From contig BPGA01000001.1 in the NCBI GenBank assembly GCA_026002795.1, forward strand, positions 240,001 to 272,000: a stretch of 32,000 nucleotides of DNA, read 5' to 3'. How positions within the stretch are numbered: position 1 is the stretch's first letter; each line of letters begins with the position of its first letter. A program made the translations under genes and the position numbers. This document shows positions 1-9,308 of the stretch, piece after piece. Source of the DNA: Candidatus Saccharimonadota bacterium. GTDB lineage: Archaea; Nanobdellota; Nanobdellia; Pacearchaeales; GW2011-AR1. Under the pieces are notes generated by a model. That model had not been told where the DNA came from. It saw only the letters and a program-made list of their open reading frames with translations, and did not search any database.

Positions 1-1
1 A

Positions 2-496
2 ACTAGGGTTAAAGGAGCAATAATATCCACAAAAGAAATAGAAGATATTCCTTTTAAAGAAAAAAAACAATTTCAAGGAGTTAAAAGATATATTATTGAT
101 TGTGATATGTCTGGAAATGAAATTCTAAAGATAATGGAAAAGTTTCCAAAAGCTTTTTTTGCTTTAAGTTTTGATGCTGATAAAACTTCTTTAAAGATTA
201 AGCCAAAAGCTCCATTATCTGGAAAACCTGGAAAAGAAGATGATCAAGAAAAAAAAGTTGATTTTTGTAACATCACAACAAATGATAAAACTATAGGAGA
301 AAGTTTTGTCTTTGAAAAGCCAAATTTCAATGAAGCTGAAATTTCTCATGTCTTTTTAATTTCAGAACTTATTTATCCTAAAAACGAAAGTGATTTTGCA
401 AAAATTAGAGAAATTGCAAAAAGAAAAGGAAAGATAATAAGAACAGCAAAAATTGACGGAAAAGTATATAACAAGAGTATAGATTTTGAAGCTTAA
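2..496 (+). CDS. hypothetical protein, 5'-truncated by the window edge
   Basis: The frame of the listed 107..496 ORF stays open back to position 2 with no stop codon, so the listed Met is probably internal. No family recognised by eye. It lies just upstream of the rpl3 promoter region. Confidence 0.5.
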   Translation, partial: TRVKGAIISTKEIEDIPFKEKKQFQGVKRYIIDCDMSGNEILKIMEKFPKAFFALSFDADKTSLKIKPKAPLSGKPGKEDDQEKKVDFCNITTNDKTIGESFVFEKPNFNEAEISHVFLISELIYPKNESDFAKIREIAKRKGKIIRTAKIDGKVYNKSIDFEA

Positions 497-595
497 TCTT
501 TTTAAAAAAGATTTAAAAACTTACTTTTTCTTGATATTTTGTCCAGGGCTTTTAAAAAATGGTCTTCAGAATACTGCTTAAAAATATAGTTAGAA

Positions 596-1561
596 ATGCC
601 TACGAAAAGATCACCACGGAAAGGAAGTTTGCAATTTTGGCCCAGAAAAAGGGCATCGAGAATTCTGCCTAGAGTTAATTGGAATGCTATTTCATCTGAT
701 TCTGTAAAAAATCTTAAAGGTTTTATAGCTTACAAAGCCGGAATGTTTTCAGCTATTGTTAAAGATATGACAGAAAATTCTATGACTAAAGGTAAAAAAA
801 TTTCTTTTTCTGTAAGTGTTCTTGAATGTCCTCCGATGAAGATTTTTTCAGTTAGATTTTATAAAAATGGAAAGGTTGTTAAAGAGTTTATCTTACAAAA
901 ACCAGAAAAAGAGTTAAAAAGGAAATTAAAGATTCCTAAAAAAGCAAATTACGATACAAATTTTTTAAATAATTTAGATTTAAAGGATTTTGATGATGTA
1001 CGTGTTTTATGTTACTCTATTGTTAAAAAAACAAATATAAAAAAGACGCCTGATCTAAAAGAAATAGCTCTTTCTGGAAATTTAGAAAAAAAGATAGAGT
1101 TTATAAAAAGTAAACTAGATAAAGAAATTAGTGTTTTTGATGTGTTTGAAAAAGGACAGCTCGTTGATTTAAGAGGCTTAACAAAAGGAAAAGGATTTTC
1201 AGGAGCTGTAAAAAGGTTTGGAATTTCTTTAAAACAACATAAAACAGAAAAAGGAGTTAGAAGACCTGGATCTTTAGGGCCTTGGCATCCTGCTAGAGTT
1301 AGTTTTAGGGTTGCTATGGCTGGTCAGCTAGGATTTTTTACAAGAGTAATTTATAATAGTAAGATAATAGATATTGGTTCTAGTAAAGAAATACCCGAGA
1401 AACTAAAAAACATAAAGAATTTTGGAGAAATTAAGAATGATTACATAATTGTTAAAGGTTCTGTTCAAGGACCTGCAAAAAGGCAGATACTCATAACACA
1501 TCCTTTAAGACCATCAAAGAAGCAATTAAAAAAAAGATATGAACTTTTAGAGATAGAATGA
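596..1561 (+). CDS. rpl3: 50S ribosomal protein uL3
   Basis: N-terminus MPTKRSPRKGSLQFWPRKRA and core GKGFSGAVKRFG...TEKGVRRPGSLGPWHPARV are archaeal uL3 signatures. First gene in the canonical S10-operon order. Confidence 0.97.
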   Translation: MPTKRSPRKGSLQFWPRKRASRILPRVNWNAISSDSVKNLKGFIAYKAGMFSAIVKDMTENSMTKGKKISFSVSVLECPPMKIFSVRFYKNGKVVKEFILQKPEKELKRKLKIPKKANYDTNFLNNLDLKDFDDVRVLCYSIVKKTNIKKTPDLKEIALSGNLEKKIEFIKSKLDKEISVFDVFEKGQLVDLRGLTKGKGFSGAVKRFGISLKQHKTEKGVRRPGSLGPWHPARVSFRVAMAGQLGFFTRVIYNSKIIDIGSSKEIPEKLKNIKNFGEIKNDYIIVKGSVQGPAKRQILITHPLRPSKKQLKKRYELLEIE

Positions 1562-2361
1562 CTTCAGTAATTAGCATAGAAGGTAAAAAAATAAAAGAAA
1601 TTAAAACGCCCGAATTTTTTAAAGAGAAGATTAGAGAGGATATTGTTTCAAAAGTATTAGAAATAAAAAAAACATTTCAACCACACTCGCCAAGCCCTGT
1701 CGCAGGAAAACAACATTCTGCTTCTGGAAACATAAGGCATGCTAGAAGAAAATGGAAAACTTCTTATGGAAGAGGAATTTCAAGAGTTCCTAGAAAAATT
1801 CTTGTAAGAAGGGGAAGCAGATTTATTTGGGTTGGTGCAGAAGTTGCATCAACAAGAGGTGGAAGAAGAGCTCACCCGCCAAAAGTTGTTTCTATGATAA
1901 ATACAAAAAAAATAAACAAAAAAGAAGCATTAATTGCTTTAAAAAGTGCTTTAAGTGCTAGTTCAAATAAAGAGTACATATGTAAAAAATATAAAAAAAT
2001 TAATCTAGAAAAATTAAAAGATATCGAACTGCCTCTTGTTATTGATTCTAAAATTTTGGATTTAAAAACAAAAGATTTTGAAGAAGTATTTAAAAAAATA
2101 CTAGGAAACGAACTTTATAGTATTTTTTCTATAAAGAGAAAAATAAGAGCTGGAAAAGGAAAAAGTAGAGGAAGAAAATACAAAAAAAATGCTGGATTAT
2201 TGATTGTTATAGGAAATGATGAGAAAATAAAAGCTAAAATTTTTGAAAGTGTTAAAGTAAAAGATTTAAGTTTATTAGATCTCGCAAGAGGCGGTATTGG
2301 AAGATTTGTTGTTTATACTGAACAAGCAATTAAAGATTTGGAGGATAGATTGAAAAAATGA
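1558..2361 (+). CDS. rpl4: 50S ribosomal protein uL4
   Basis: AGKQHSASGN..HARRKWKTSYGRGISRVPRK motif. ATGA stop/start overlap with rpl3. Operon position fits. Confidence 0.95.
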   Translation: MTSVISIEGKKIKEIKTPEFFKEKIREDIVSKVLEIKKTFQPHSPSPVAGKQHSASGNIRHARRKWKTSYGRGISRVPRKILVRRGSRFIWVGAEVASTRGGRRAHPPKVVSMINTKKINKKEALIALKSALSASSNKEYICKKYKKINLEKLKDIELPLVIDSKILDLKTKDFEEVFKKILGNELYSIFSIKRKIRAGKGKSRGRKYKKNAGLLIVIGNDEKIKAKIFESVKVKDLSLLDLARGGIGRFVVYTEQAIKDLEDRLKK

Positions 2362-2603
2362 TTAGCTTTAAACCAGTAATTAGTGAAAAGTCCATTAAAC
2401 TAATAGAATCGGAAAACGTTTTGATTTTTCAAACAGAGAAAGAGGCTAATAAAAAGAAAATAAAAGAAGAATTTGAAAAAATGTTTAATGTTAAAATAAA
2501 AAATATTAGAACACACATAAGAGACAATAAAAAGTATGTTTATATTAAATTAAAAAAAGAGTTTCCTGCTATTGATATAGCTATGAAACTGGGAGTTATA
2601 TAA
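2358..2603 (+). CDS. rpl23: 50S ribosomal protein uL23
   Basis: 81 aa basic protein between L4 and L2. ATGA overlap with rpl4. Size and position are typical of uL23. Confidence 0.88.
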   Translation: MISFKPVISEKSIKLIESENVLIFQTEKEANKKKIKEEFEKMFNVKIKNIRTHIRDNKKYVYIKLKKEFPAIDIAMKLGVI

Positions 2604-3301
2604 TGGGAAAAAGGATAATTCAACAAGCAAGGGGACACGGAAGCCTAACTTATAGAGTAAGAAAAAAGGCTTTTAGATATACTATAGGATATCCAAGTAA
2701 AATTTATGGTGAGGGGGTTGTTTTAAAAATTTTAAATTCGCCAGGACATACTGCTCCTCTTGCAGAGATAAAATATCCTGGAGGAATTTTTTATATACCT
2801 GCATTTAAAGGGATGTTTGAAGGCCAAAAGATAAATTTTGATTCTAAGGAAGTTAAAGAAGGAAATATTCTTGAATTAAAAGATATTCCAATAAAAACGC
2901 AGGTTTATAATATAGAATCAAAACCAAAAGATGGTGGAGTATTCATAAGGACTTCTGGAAGTTCTGGCGTTGTAAGTAAAATTGTAGGAGATAAAGTTTA
3001 TGTGTTAATGCCGTCAAAAAAAGAAAAGGCTTTTAATAAAAATTGTAGAGCAACTATTGGAGTTATTGCTGGTTCAGGAAGACTTGAAAAACCAATTGTT
3101 AAGGCAGGAAAAATGTTTCATATTAAAAAAGCAAAAAATAAACTCTGGCCAAGAACATCTGCAGTAAAAATGAATGTTATAGATCATCCTTTTGGATCAG
3201 GCAGAGGAAAAAACATAAAAAGCAAAATTGCAAAAAGAAATGCTCCTCCTGGTAGAAAGGTTGGCCATTTAAGGCCTAGAAGAACAGGACATGTAAAGTA
3301 A
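2603..3301 (+). CDS. rpl2: 50S ribosomal protein uL2
   Basis: [15 protein letters not shown]-terminus and C-terminal HPFGSGRGK...[15 protein letters not shown] are uL2 hallmarks. Confidence 0.97.
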   Translation: MGKRIIQQARGHGSLTYRVRKKAFRYTIGYPSKIYGEGVVLKILNSPGHTAPLAEIKYPGGIFYIPAFKGMFEGQKINFDSKEVKEGNILELKDIPIKTQVYNIESKPKDGGVFIRTSGSSGVVSKIVGDKVYVLMPSKKEKAFNKNCRATIGVIAGSGRLEKPIVKAGKMFHIKKAKNKLWPRTSAVKMNVIDHPFGSGRGKNIKSKIAKRNAPPGRKVGHLRPRRTGHVK

Positions 3302-3302
3302 A

Positions 3303-3713
3303 ATGGAGACTGAAAAAGAAGAAATAAAGAGAAAAGAATTTACTTATAGAGGAAAGAATATCGAAGAATTAAAAAAATTAAGTGTAAGAGAGGTTGCTAA
3401 ATTTTTAAAATCAAGAAGTAGAAGGTATGTTTTAAATCAATTCCATAAAGTTGAAGATTTCATAAGAAGAGCAAATAAAAAGATATCATTAGGGAAACCT
3501 ATAAGAACACATTATCGTGATATGGTGATTATGCCACAAATGATCGGAATGAAAATCTTTGTGCATAATGGAAAGAATTTTGTTGCTGTTGATGTAACTG
3601 AAGAAATGATAGGACATAGATTAGGAGAATTTGCAATTACAAGACAAAAGATAAAACATAGTAAAGCTGGAATAGGTGCAACTAAAGGAACTAAATTCAA
3701 AGCAAAGAAGTAA
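3303..3713 (+). CDS. rps19: 30S ribosomal protein uS19
   Basis: VHNGKNFV...[13 protein letters not shown] motif. Operon position fits. Confidence 0.96.
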   Translation: METEKEEIKRKEFTYRGKNIEELKKLSVREVAKFLKSRSRRYVLNQFHKVEDFIRRANKKISLGKPIRTHYRDMVIMPQMIGMKIFVHNGKNFVAVDVTEEMIGHRLGEFAITRQKIKHSKAGIGATKGTKFKAKK

Positions 3714-3714
3714 A

Positions 3715-4236
3715 ATGAGTGAAGAAAACCAAAATCAAAATAGTCAAGAAGAAAAGAAAGTCGAAGAAAAGAAACAAGAAGAAAATGAATTGAATGAGAA
3801 AGATGAAGAAAAAAAGAGTAAAAAAGAAGATAAATTAAAGAAAAAAAGAGATTTTGCTATTGTCAATTCTTATAATTTACCAATTTCAACAAAGCATTCT
3901 ATTGCAATATGTAAGTTTATAAAGGGGAAAACAATAGAAGAGGCAATTTTGGAATTAAATGAGGTCTTAAAATTCAAAAAAGCCATACCAATGAAAGGAG
4001 AGATACCTCATAGAAAAGGCATTATGTCTGGAAGATTTCCTAAAAAAGCAACATCAACTTTTATAAAATTATTAAAAAGTCTTTCGTCAAATGCAAGTTT
4101 TCATCAGATAGAAAACCCTATTATAGTTAAAGCTGTTGCAAATATAGGCGAAAGGCCATGGGGAAGATTTGGAAGTGTAAGAAGAAAAAGAACTCATGTA
4201 ATGTTAATTGCGAAAAGTAAAACTGATAAAGAATAA
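3715..4236 (+). CDS. rpl22: 50S ribosomal protein uL22 with ~45-aa Glu/Lys-rich N-terminal extension
   Basis: Core NLPISTKHSIAICKFIKGKTIEEA...RPWGRFGSVRRKRTHV matches uL22. I chose ATG 3715, 1 nt after the rps19 stop, rather than the overlapping 3676 start in the ORF track. Confidence 0.9.
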   Translation: MSEENQNQNSQEEKKVEEKKQEENELNEKDEEKKSKKEDKLKKKRDFAIVNSYNLPISTKHSIAICKFIKGKTIEEAILELNEVLKFKKAIPMKGEIPHRKGIMSGRFPKKATSTFIKLLKSLSSNASFHQIENPIIVKAVANIGERPWGRFGSVRRKRTHVMLIAKSKTDKE

Positions 4237-4237
4237 A

Positions 4238-4924
4238 ATGGAAGAGAAAAAGGTTGTAAAACTTAAAAAAGAAGAGTTTGCTATAAGAGAATTCGTTATA
4301 AATTTTTTAGGCAAAGGAAAAGTTAGTAAAGTTAGAATAGAGTATAGTCCTATAGGTGAAAAAATTATTATTTCAACACACAAACCGGGATTGGTTGTGG
4401 GGCGTGGTGGAGAAAGAATAGAAGAATTAACAAATATCTTAAAATCAAATTTTAACTTAGAAAACCCACATATTGAAATAGAGGAAATAAAAATTCCTGA
4501 ATTAAATGCACAATTAATGGCAGATGAAATTGCTTTAAGTATAGAAAGATTCGGTCCTTTAAAATTCAAAGTTATAGCTTACAAAACACTTCAAAAAATT
4601 ATTGATGCAGGAGCAAGAGGCGCTGAGATAAGATTAAGCGGAAAACTTCCTAGTTCTAGAGCTAAAAGTTGGAGATTTTCTTATGGTTATTTAAAGAAGA
4701 TAGGAGATAGTGCTAAGGTAGTTGACAAAGCAATGTCTATTGCTCAAACTAAACCAGGAACAGTGGGAGTTAAAGTTAGTATTTTACCTCCAGATGTTGA
4801 ATTAAAAGACAACATTACAATTGATGAAAATTTAATCTCAAAAATAAAAGAGAATGTTAAATTTATTAATGAAGATAAAAATGAAGGAGTAAAGAAAATA
4901 AAAAAGAAGAAAAACGATAAGTAA
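4238..4924 (+). CDS. rps3: 30S ribosomal protein uS3
   Basis: KH-domain motif PGLVVGRGGERIEEL and GAEIRLSGKLPSSRAKSWRF. ATG 4238 follows the rpl22 stop (4234-4236) directly, so it is preferred over 4208. Confidence 0.95.
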   Translation: MEEKKVVKLKKEEFAIREFVINFLGKGKVSKVRIEYSPIGEKIIISTHKPGLVVGRGGERIEELTNILKSNFNLENPHIEIEEIKIPELNAQLMADEIALSIERFGPLKFKVIAYKTLQKIIDAGARGAEIRLSGKLPSSRAKSWRFSYGYLKKIGDSAKVVDKAMSIAQTKPGTVGVKVSILPPDVELKDNITIDENLISKIKENVKFINEDKNEGVKKIKKKKNDK

Positions 4925-4931
4925 TTGAAAA

Positions 4932-5132
4932 ATGGCTAAGCTAAAGTTTAAGGATATTAAGAATATGACAGAAGAAGAAAGAGAAAAATTATTAGAAGAT
5001 TTAAGGTTAGATTTAGTAAAGGCAAAAGCAGAATCTAAAAAAGCTGGAAGTTCAAAAATAAAAGAAATTAAAAAGACTATCGCAAGATTATTAACACTTA
5101 AAAATTTAACACTCAAAAATACAAAAAAATAA
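4932..5132 (+). CDS. rpl29: 50S ribosomal protein uL29
   Basis: 66 aa helical Lys/Glu-rich protein at the canonical position after S3. The EEEREKLLEDLRLDL pattern is typical of uL29. Confidence 0.85.
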   Translation: MAKLKFKDIKNMTEEEREKLLEDLRLDLVKAKAESKKAGSSKIKEIKKTIARLLTLKNLTLKNTKK

Positions 5133-5133
5133 T

Positions 5134-5433
5134 ATGGAAATATGTCCTAGATGTGGTCTTCCACTACAAGCGTGTGTTTGTGAGCAGCTTACAAAAAGCT
5201 CTCAAAGGATAAGTGTAACAACTGAAAAGAAAAGGTATGGAAAGGTTGTTACAATAATAAGAGGATTTGACAAGAACGTCGATCTTAAAAAAATAACAAA
5301 AGAACTTAAAAATATCCTTGCATGTGGTGGGACATATACAGAAGACACTATTGAATTGCAAGGAGATCATAAAAAAAGAATAAAAGACGCGCTTGTAAAG
5401 ATTGGTTTTGATCCGAGTTTAGTGGAAGATTAG
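5134..5433 (+). CDS. sui1: translation initiation factor aIF1 (SUI1 family)
   Basis: N-terminal Cys knuckle CPRCGLPLQACVCE, typical of archaeal aIF1, followed by the SUI1 fold (GKVVTIIRGF...ACGGT...IELQGDH). Confidence 0.85.
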   Translation: MEICPRCGLPLQACVCEQLTKSSQRISVTTEKKRYGKVVTIIRGFDKNVDLKKITKELKNILACGGTYTEDTIELQGDHKKRIKDALVKIGFDPSLVED

Positions 5434-5440
5434 TTAAAAA

Positions 5441-5818
5441 ATGAAAAAAAATAAAAAAAGGAAGGAAGGAGAAAAATTAGGAAGTTTAAGAGAAGAAAGT
5501 TTAGATAGCGAAGCTAATGTTTGTAATGATAAAGATTGTCCTTATCACGGTTATTTAAAAACTAGAGGTAGAATTTTTAAAGGAATTGTTAAAAGAAAAT
5601 TCTCAAGAAGAGTTACTATAGAGTTTGACAGATTTATTTATGTGAGGAAATATGAAAGATTTATGAAAAGAAAAACAAGAATACATGCAAGACTTCCAAA
5701 ATGCTTTGAAAATAAAGTTGAAATTGGAGATACAATTCAGGTTCAAGAGTGCAGACCTTTAAGTAAGATGATACATCATGTTGTAATTAAAAAAATAAAG
5801 TCAGGAAGAGAAAAATGA
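5441..5818 (+). CDS. rps17: 30S ribosomal protein uS17
   Basis: CPYHG...RGRIFKGIVKRK...VEIGDTIQVQECRPLSK is the uS17 pattern. Operon position fits. Confidence 0.93.
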   Translation: MKKNKKRKEGEKLGSLREESLDSEANVCNDKDCPYHGYLKTRGRIFKGIVKRKFSRRVTIEFDRFIYVRKYERFMKRKTRIHARLPKCFENKVEIGDTIQVQECRPLSKMIHHVVIKKIKSGREK

Positions 5819-6216
5819 AAGCAATCTCTGCGCGCGCTACTAAAGGTCTTAATTTAGGATCTTATGTTATTGTAGCGGATAATAGTGGTGCAAGAGTAGC
5901 TAAAATAGTTTCAGTTAAAGGAGGTAAAGGAAAGAAAGGAAGACAGATTGGTGTTAAAATTGCAGATATGGTTAAAATAAGTGTTAAAAAAGGAGATCCT
6001 GAAATGAAAGGTAAGGTTTTTGATGCAGTTGTTATAAGACAAAAAAAACCTTATAGAAGAAAAGATGGTGAAAGAGTATCTTTTGAAGATAATGCTGTCG
6101 CTATATTAAAGGATGAGAAAGGAAATCCTAAAGGAACACAAATTAAAGGACCTATTGCAAGAGAGGTAATGGAAAGATGGCCTTCAGTTGCAAGAATTGC
6201 TTCAATGGTTTATTAA
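5815..6216 (+). CDS. rpl14: 50S ribosomal protein uL14
   Basis: VIVADNSGARVAKIV...AVVIRQKKPYRRKDG...FEDNAVAIL are uL14 hallmarks. ATGA overlap with rps17. Confidence 0.96.
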   Translation: MKAISARATKGLNLGSYVIVADNSGARVAKIVSVKGGKGKKGRQIGVKIADMVKISVKKGDPEMKGKVFDAVVIRQKKPYRRKDGERVSFEDNAVAILKDEKGNPKGTQIKGPIAREVMERWPSVARIASMVY

Positions 6217-6238
6217 ATTTTATTAAAATGAAGGGAAA

Positions 6239-6631
6239 ATGAAAAAAAAATTTTCAAAAAAATGGAAAGAAAGTAAGCAGCCTAGAAAACAGAGGAAATT
6301 TCTCTATAATGCTCCTCAACACATAAAAAGAAAATTTTTAAGTGCAACGCTTTCAAAAGAGTTAAGAAAAAAATATGGTATAAGATCTATACCTATAAGA
6401 AAAAATGATGTTGTTATAGTAATGCGTGGAAGATTTAAAAATAAAAAAGGAAAAGTTTTGAAAGTTGATTATAAAAAATTAAAAATAGAAATTGAAGGAA
6501 TCCAAATTAAAAAATCAGATGGATCTAAAGTAAATGTAAAAATACATCCTTCAAATGTTAAAATTTTGGAATTAAATTTAGATGATAGTAGAAGAGTTAA
6601 AAAAACAATAGAAGAAAAAAATGCATCTTAA
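6239..6631 (+). CDS. rpl24: 50S ribosomal protein uL24
   Basis: KOW motif [21 protein letters not shown]. Operon position fits. Confidence 0.93.
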   Translation: MKKKFSKKWKESKQPRKQRKFLYNAPQHIKRKFLSATLSKELRKKYGIRSIPIRKNDVVIVMRGRFKNKKGKVLKVDYKKLKIEIEGIQIKKSDGSKVNVKIHPSNVKILELNLDDSRRVKKTIEEKNAS

Positions 6632-7268
6632 AAGAGAATCTGCTCCAAAAAAATGGGCAATAGAAAGGAAAGGAACAACTTATGTAGTTAGACCTACAGG
6701 AAATTTAAAATTAGGAATTCCTTTATTAATTGTTTTAAGAGATTTTTTGGGGATAGTAAAAAATAGAAAAGAGGCAAAAATAGCAATATCTTCTAAAAAA
6801 ATTTTAATTAATCTAAAAAAACCAAAAGATGAAAAACAAAGTTTGCTTCTTTTTGATGTTTTATTTATAGTTCCTGAAAAAAAATTTTTTAGGTTGACGC
6901 TAAATGAAAAAGGTAAGTTTAGTTTAGAAGAAATTAATGAAAATGAATCTCATTTAAAGATATCAAAAATAATCAATAAAAAAATCTTAAAAGGCGGTAG
7001 GACACAAATTAATCTTTTAGATGGAAGAAATTTTATTTATAATAAAAAAGTTAATGTGAATGATTCTGTCTTATTAAATTTAAAGGATAAAAAAATAGAA
7101 AAGATTCTTCCTCTCAAAGAAGGAGCTAATGCTTTTGTTTTTGATGGAAAGCATGCTGGAAAAAAAGGAAGAATAAATAGTATAGACTTAAAGAATAAAG
7201 TAGTAAATTTAGATTTTAATGGAAATTCTTTAAAAGTATTAATTAAACAGATTTTGATTATAGAATAA
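6621..7268 (+). CDS. rps4e: 30S ribosomal protein eS4
   Basis: [25 protein letters not shown]...[12 protein letters not shown] is the archaeal S4e N-terminus. 11-nt overlap with rpl24. Confidence 0.93.
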   Translation: MHLKRESAPKKWAIERKGTTYVVRPTGNLKLGIPLLIVLRDFLGIVKNRKEAKIAISSKKILINLKKPKDEKQSLLLFDVLFIVPEKKFFRLTLNEKGKFSLEEINENESHLKISKIINKKILKGGRTQINLLDGRNFIYNKKVNVNDSVLLNLKDKKIEKILPLKEGANAFVFDGKHAGKKGRINSIDLKNKVVNLDFNGNSLKVLIKQILIIE

Positions 7269-7269
7269 A

Positions 7270-7764
7270 ATGTCAAAAATGAATCAAATTAAGATAGAAA
7301 AAGTTGTTTTGAGTATAGGAGGAAAAGGAGAAACTCTTGAAAGAGGGGCAAAACTTCTAGAACTTCTTTCGGGACAAAAAGCAGCAAAAATGAAAACAAA
7401 AAAAAGAATAGCAACTTTTGGAATAAGGCCAAAACTTGAAGTTGGTGTCGTTGTAAGTGTAAGAAAAAATGCTGAAGAATTTTTAAAAAAATTTTTAGCT
7501 GCAAAAGATAATGTTTTAAAAAAAAGTCAAGTAACAGATAATACTCTTTCTTTTGGAATAAAAGAGTATATAGAGATCCCGAAAGTAGAGTATCAAAGAG
7601 ATATTGGAATTTTGGGTTTAGATGTTAGCGTAACTTTCACAAAACCTGGAAAAAGAGTCAAACTCAAAAAAATTAAATCTGGAAGATTTCCAAAAAAGCA
7701 ACAAGTTTCGAAAGAAGAAATAATTAAATTCATGCAAGAAAAATTTAACACAAAATTTATTTAA
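7270..7764 (+). CDS. rpl5: 50S ribosomal protein uL5
   Basis: [14 protein letters not shown]...[10 protein letters not shown]...[12 protein letters not shown] is the uL5 pattern. Confidence 0.95.
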   Translation: MSKMNQIKIEKVVLSIGGKGETLERGAKLLELLSGQKAAKMKTKKRIATFGIRPKLEVGVVVSVRKNAEEFLKKFLAAKDNVLKKSQVTDNTLSFGIKEYIEIPKVEYQRDIGILGLDVSVTFTKPGKRVKLKKIKSGRFPKKQQVSKEEIIKFMQEKFNTKFI

Positions 7765-7765
7765 A

Positions 7766-7996
7766 ATGACAGCAAGCGATTGGAAAAAAATACTTAAGCA
7801 AATAGAGAAAAAACCTGAAAAAGTTCAGAGATTTTTAAAACACAATAAGCCTAAAGAAAGAAAAATAGGAATAGCCGCAAAAAAATGTGAAAGATGTGGG
7901 AGATTTGGCGCTCACATTAGTTCATATGGATTAAATTTGTGTAGACAGTGTTTTAGAGAAGTTGCAAAGGAACTTGGTTTTAAGAAATATAGTTAA
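7766..7996 (+). CDS. rps14: 30S ribosomal protein uS14 (zinc type), N-terminally longer than usual
   Basis: [35 protein letters not shown] is the CxxC...CxxC uS14 core. There is no internal Met that would shorten it. Confidence 0.9.
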   Translation: MTASDWKKILKQIEKKPEKVQRFLKHNKPKERKIGIAAKKCERCGRFGAHISSYGLNLCRQCFREVAKELGFKKYS

Positions 7997-8021
7997 ATAT
8001 CAAAATGGAGGGAAATTAAAA

Positions 8022-8402
8022 ATGTCACAAGATGTTGTTGCAGATGCTTTAAACATGATGAAAAATGCTAAAAAAGCTGGAAGAGAGAGTGTAAAAATAA
8101 ACAGAATATCTAAATTATTAATTGAAATATTAAAAATAATGAAACAAAATAAAGCAATAAAAAGATATAAAATAGATTCTAAAAACAAATCTGTAGAAGT
8201 TTTTTTGGGCGATTTTGAAGAATGTAAAGCTATAAAACCAAGATTTGTAGTAAAAAAAGAATGGATAGAAAAGTATAGAAGAAGATATCTTCCTGCAAGA
8301 GGTATTGGAACAATTATAATTTCAACAAATCAAGGGCTTTTAACTCATGAAGAAGCAATTAAAAAAGGAATTGGGGGTTTTTTAATAGCTTTTTTTTATT
8401 AA
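8022..8402 (+). CDS. rps8: 30S ribosomal protein uS8
   Basis: MSQDVVADALNMMKNA N-terminus and C-terminal IISTNQGLLTHEEA. GGAGGG at 8007-8012 precedes ATG 8022. The ORF-track start at 7962 would overlap rps14. Confidence 0.93.
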   Translation: MSQDVVADALNMMKNAKKAGRESVKINRISKLLIEILKIMKQNKAIKRYKIDSKNKSVEVFLGDFEECKAIKPRFVVKKEWIEKYRRRYLPARGIGTIIISTNQGLLTHEEAIKKGIGGFLIAFFY

Positions 8403-8403
8403 A

Positions 8404-8952
8404 ATGAAAAAAGAACACTATAAGAGAATAGAAATTCCAAATGAAGTTCAAGTAGAAATTGATGGAAACAAGGTTAAAGTTAAAGGTAAAGAAGGAGAAA
8501 TTGAAAGAGATTTTAAAAAAAATAAGATAGAATTAAAAAAAGAAAACAACACTATAATAATAGGACATAAAAAAGCAACAAAAAAAGAGAAGAGAATTAT
8601 AAATAGTATAGCTTCACATATAAAAAATATGATTTCTGGTGTTCAAAAAAAGTTTGAATATAAGTTGAAAGTAGTTTATAGTCATTTCCCAATTAGTGTT
8701 GAATTTAAAAATGAAAATAGAGAATTTATAGTAAAAAATTTTTTGGGTGAAGTTAAACCTAGGAAAACAATTCTTCCTGAGGGGGTTGAAATTGAAATAG
8801 AAAAAGATGTCATTGTTGTTAAATCCCCTAATAAAGAACTTGCTGGACAAGTGGCTGCAAAAATAGAAACATTAACAAAAATAAAGGCTAGAGATAGAAG
8901 AGTTTTCCAAGACGGAATTTTCATCATAAATAAAGCGGGGAGGGAAATATAA
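8404..8952 (+). CDS. rpl6: 50S ribosomal protein uL6
   Basis: IEIPNEVQVEIDGNKVKVKGKEGEIERDF and two-domain length. Operon position fits. Confidence 0.93.
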   Translation: MKKEHYKRIEIPNEVQVEIDGNKVKVKGKEGEIERDFKKNKIELKKENNTIIIGHKKATKKEKRIINSIASHIKNMISGVQKKFEYKLKVVYSHFPISVEFKNENREFIVKNFLGEVKPRKTILPEGVEIEIEKDVIVVKSPNKELAGQVAAKIETLTKIKARDRRVFQDGIFIINKAGREI

Positions 8953-9308
8953 TGACTGAATTTTTAAGAAGAACTTGGAATAGATACTCAAAATTAGGAA
9001 AAAAAAGAAAAAAGAAAAGAGTATGGAGAAGACCTAAAGGCAGGCACAATAAGATGAGGGAAAAAAGAAAAGGTTATCCTAAAGTAGTTAGTATTGGCTA
9101 TAAAAATGAAAATAAAAAAGATTTTGTATTTGTTAGAAACTTAGAAGAATTAAAGGAATTAGATAAAAATTCAAAAGTAATTCTTGGAAAAATGGGAAAA
9201 AAGAAAAAAATAAACGCTTTAAAAATTGCTAAAGAAAAAGGAATAGAAATAATTAATTTGAAAAAAATAAATGAAAAAAAGATAGAAATGAAAAAAGAAA
9301 ATGGATAA
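8952..9308 (+). CDS. rpl32e: 50S ribosomal protein eL32
   Basis: FLRRTWNRYSKLGKKRKKKRVWRRPKGRHNKMR motif. Confidence 0.93.
   Translation: MTEFLRRTWNRYSKLGKKRKKKRVWRRPKGRHNKMREKRKGYPKVVSIGYKNENKKDFVFVRNLEELKELDKNSKVILGKMGKKKKINALKIAKEKGIEIINLKKINEKKIEMKKENG

Noticed and set aside
549-588. Promoter call for the ribosomal operon: TTTTAAAAAA at about 550-560 or TTAAAAATATA at about 578-588, upstream of the rpl3 ATG at 596.
   Set aside because: There are two competing TATA-like boxes with different implied leaders of about 15 nt or none. I could not choose between them from sequence alone, so no feature was recorded.
3512-3700. Antisense ORFs in the track that lie inside confidently assigned genes: 3512..3700, 4204..4569, 4838..5116, 5164..5370, 7037..7276, 7289..7504, 8000..8188, 8614..8850, 8682..8927, 9098..9322, 9964..10311, 11029..11214, 11573..11905, 12165..12383, 13542..13727, 14404..14652, 16567..16902, 17149..17340, 19513..19701, 20935..21192, 23467..23667, 26774..27031, 29190..29534 and 29276..29476.
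   Set aside because: They are shadow ORFs opposite well-supported genes. Their products are Phe/Leu/Ser/Ile-rich mirror images of Lys/Glu-rich coding sequence, which is expected in AT-rich DNA. None shows a recognisable motif.
3676-3714. Longer upstream starts offered by the ORF track: 3676 for uL22, 4208 for uS3, 7962 for uS8, 22194 (TTG) for the methyltransferase and 25568 for the cupin.
   Set aside because: Each would overlap the preceding gene substantially. In every case an ATG lies directly after the upstream stop, or behind a GGAGGG for uS8, and it begins the conserved N-terminal sequence of the family.
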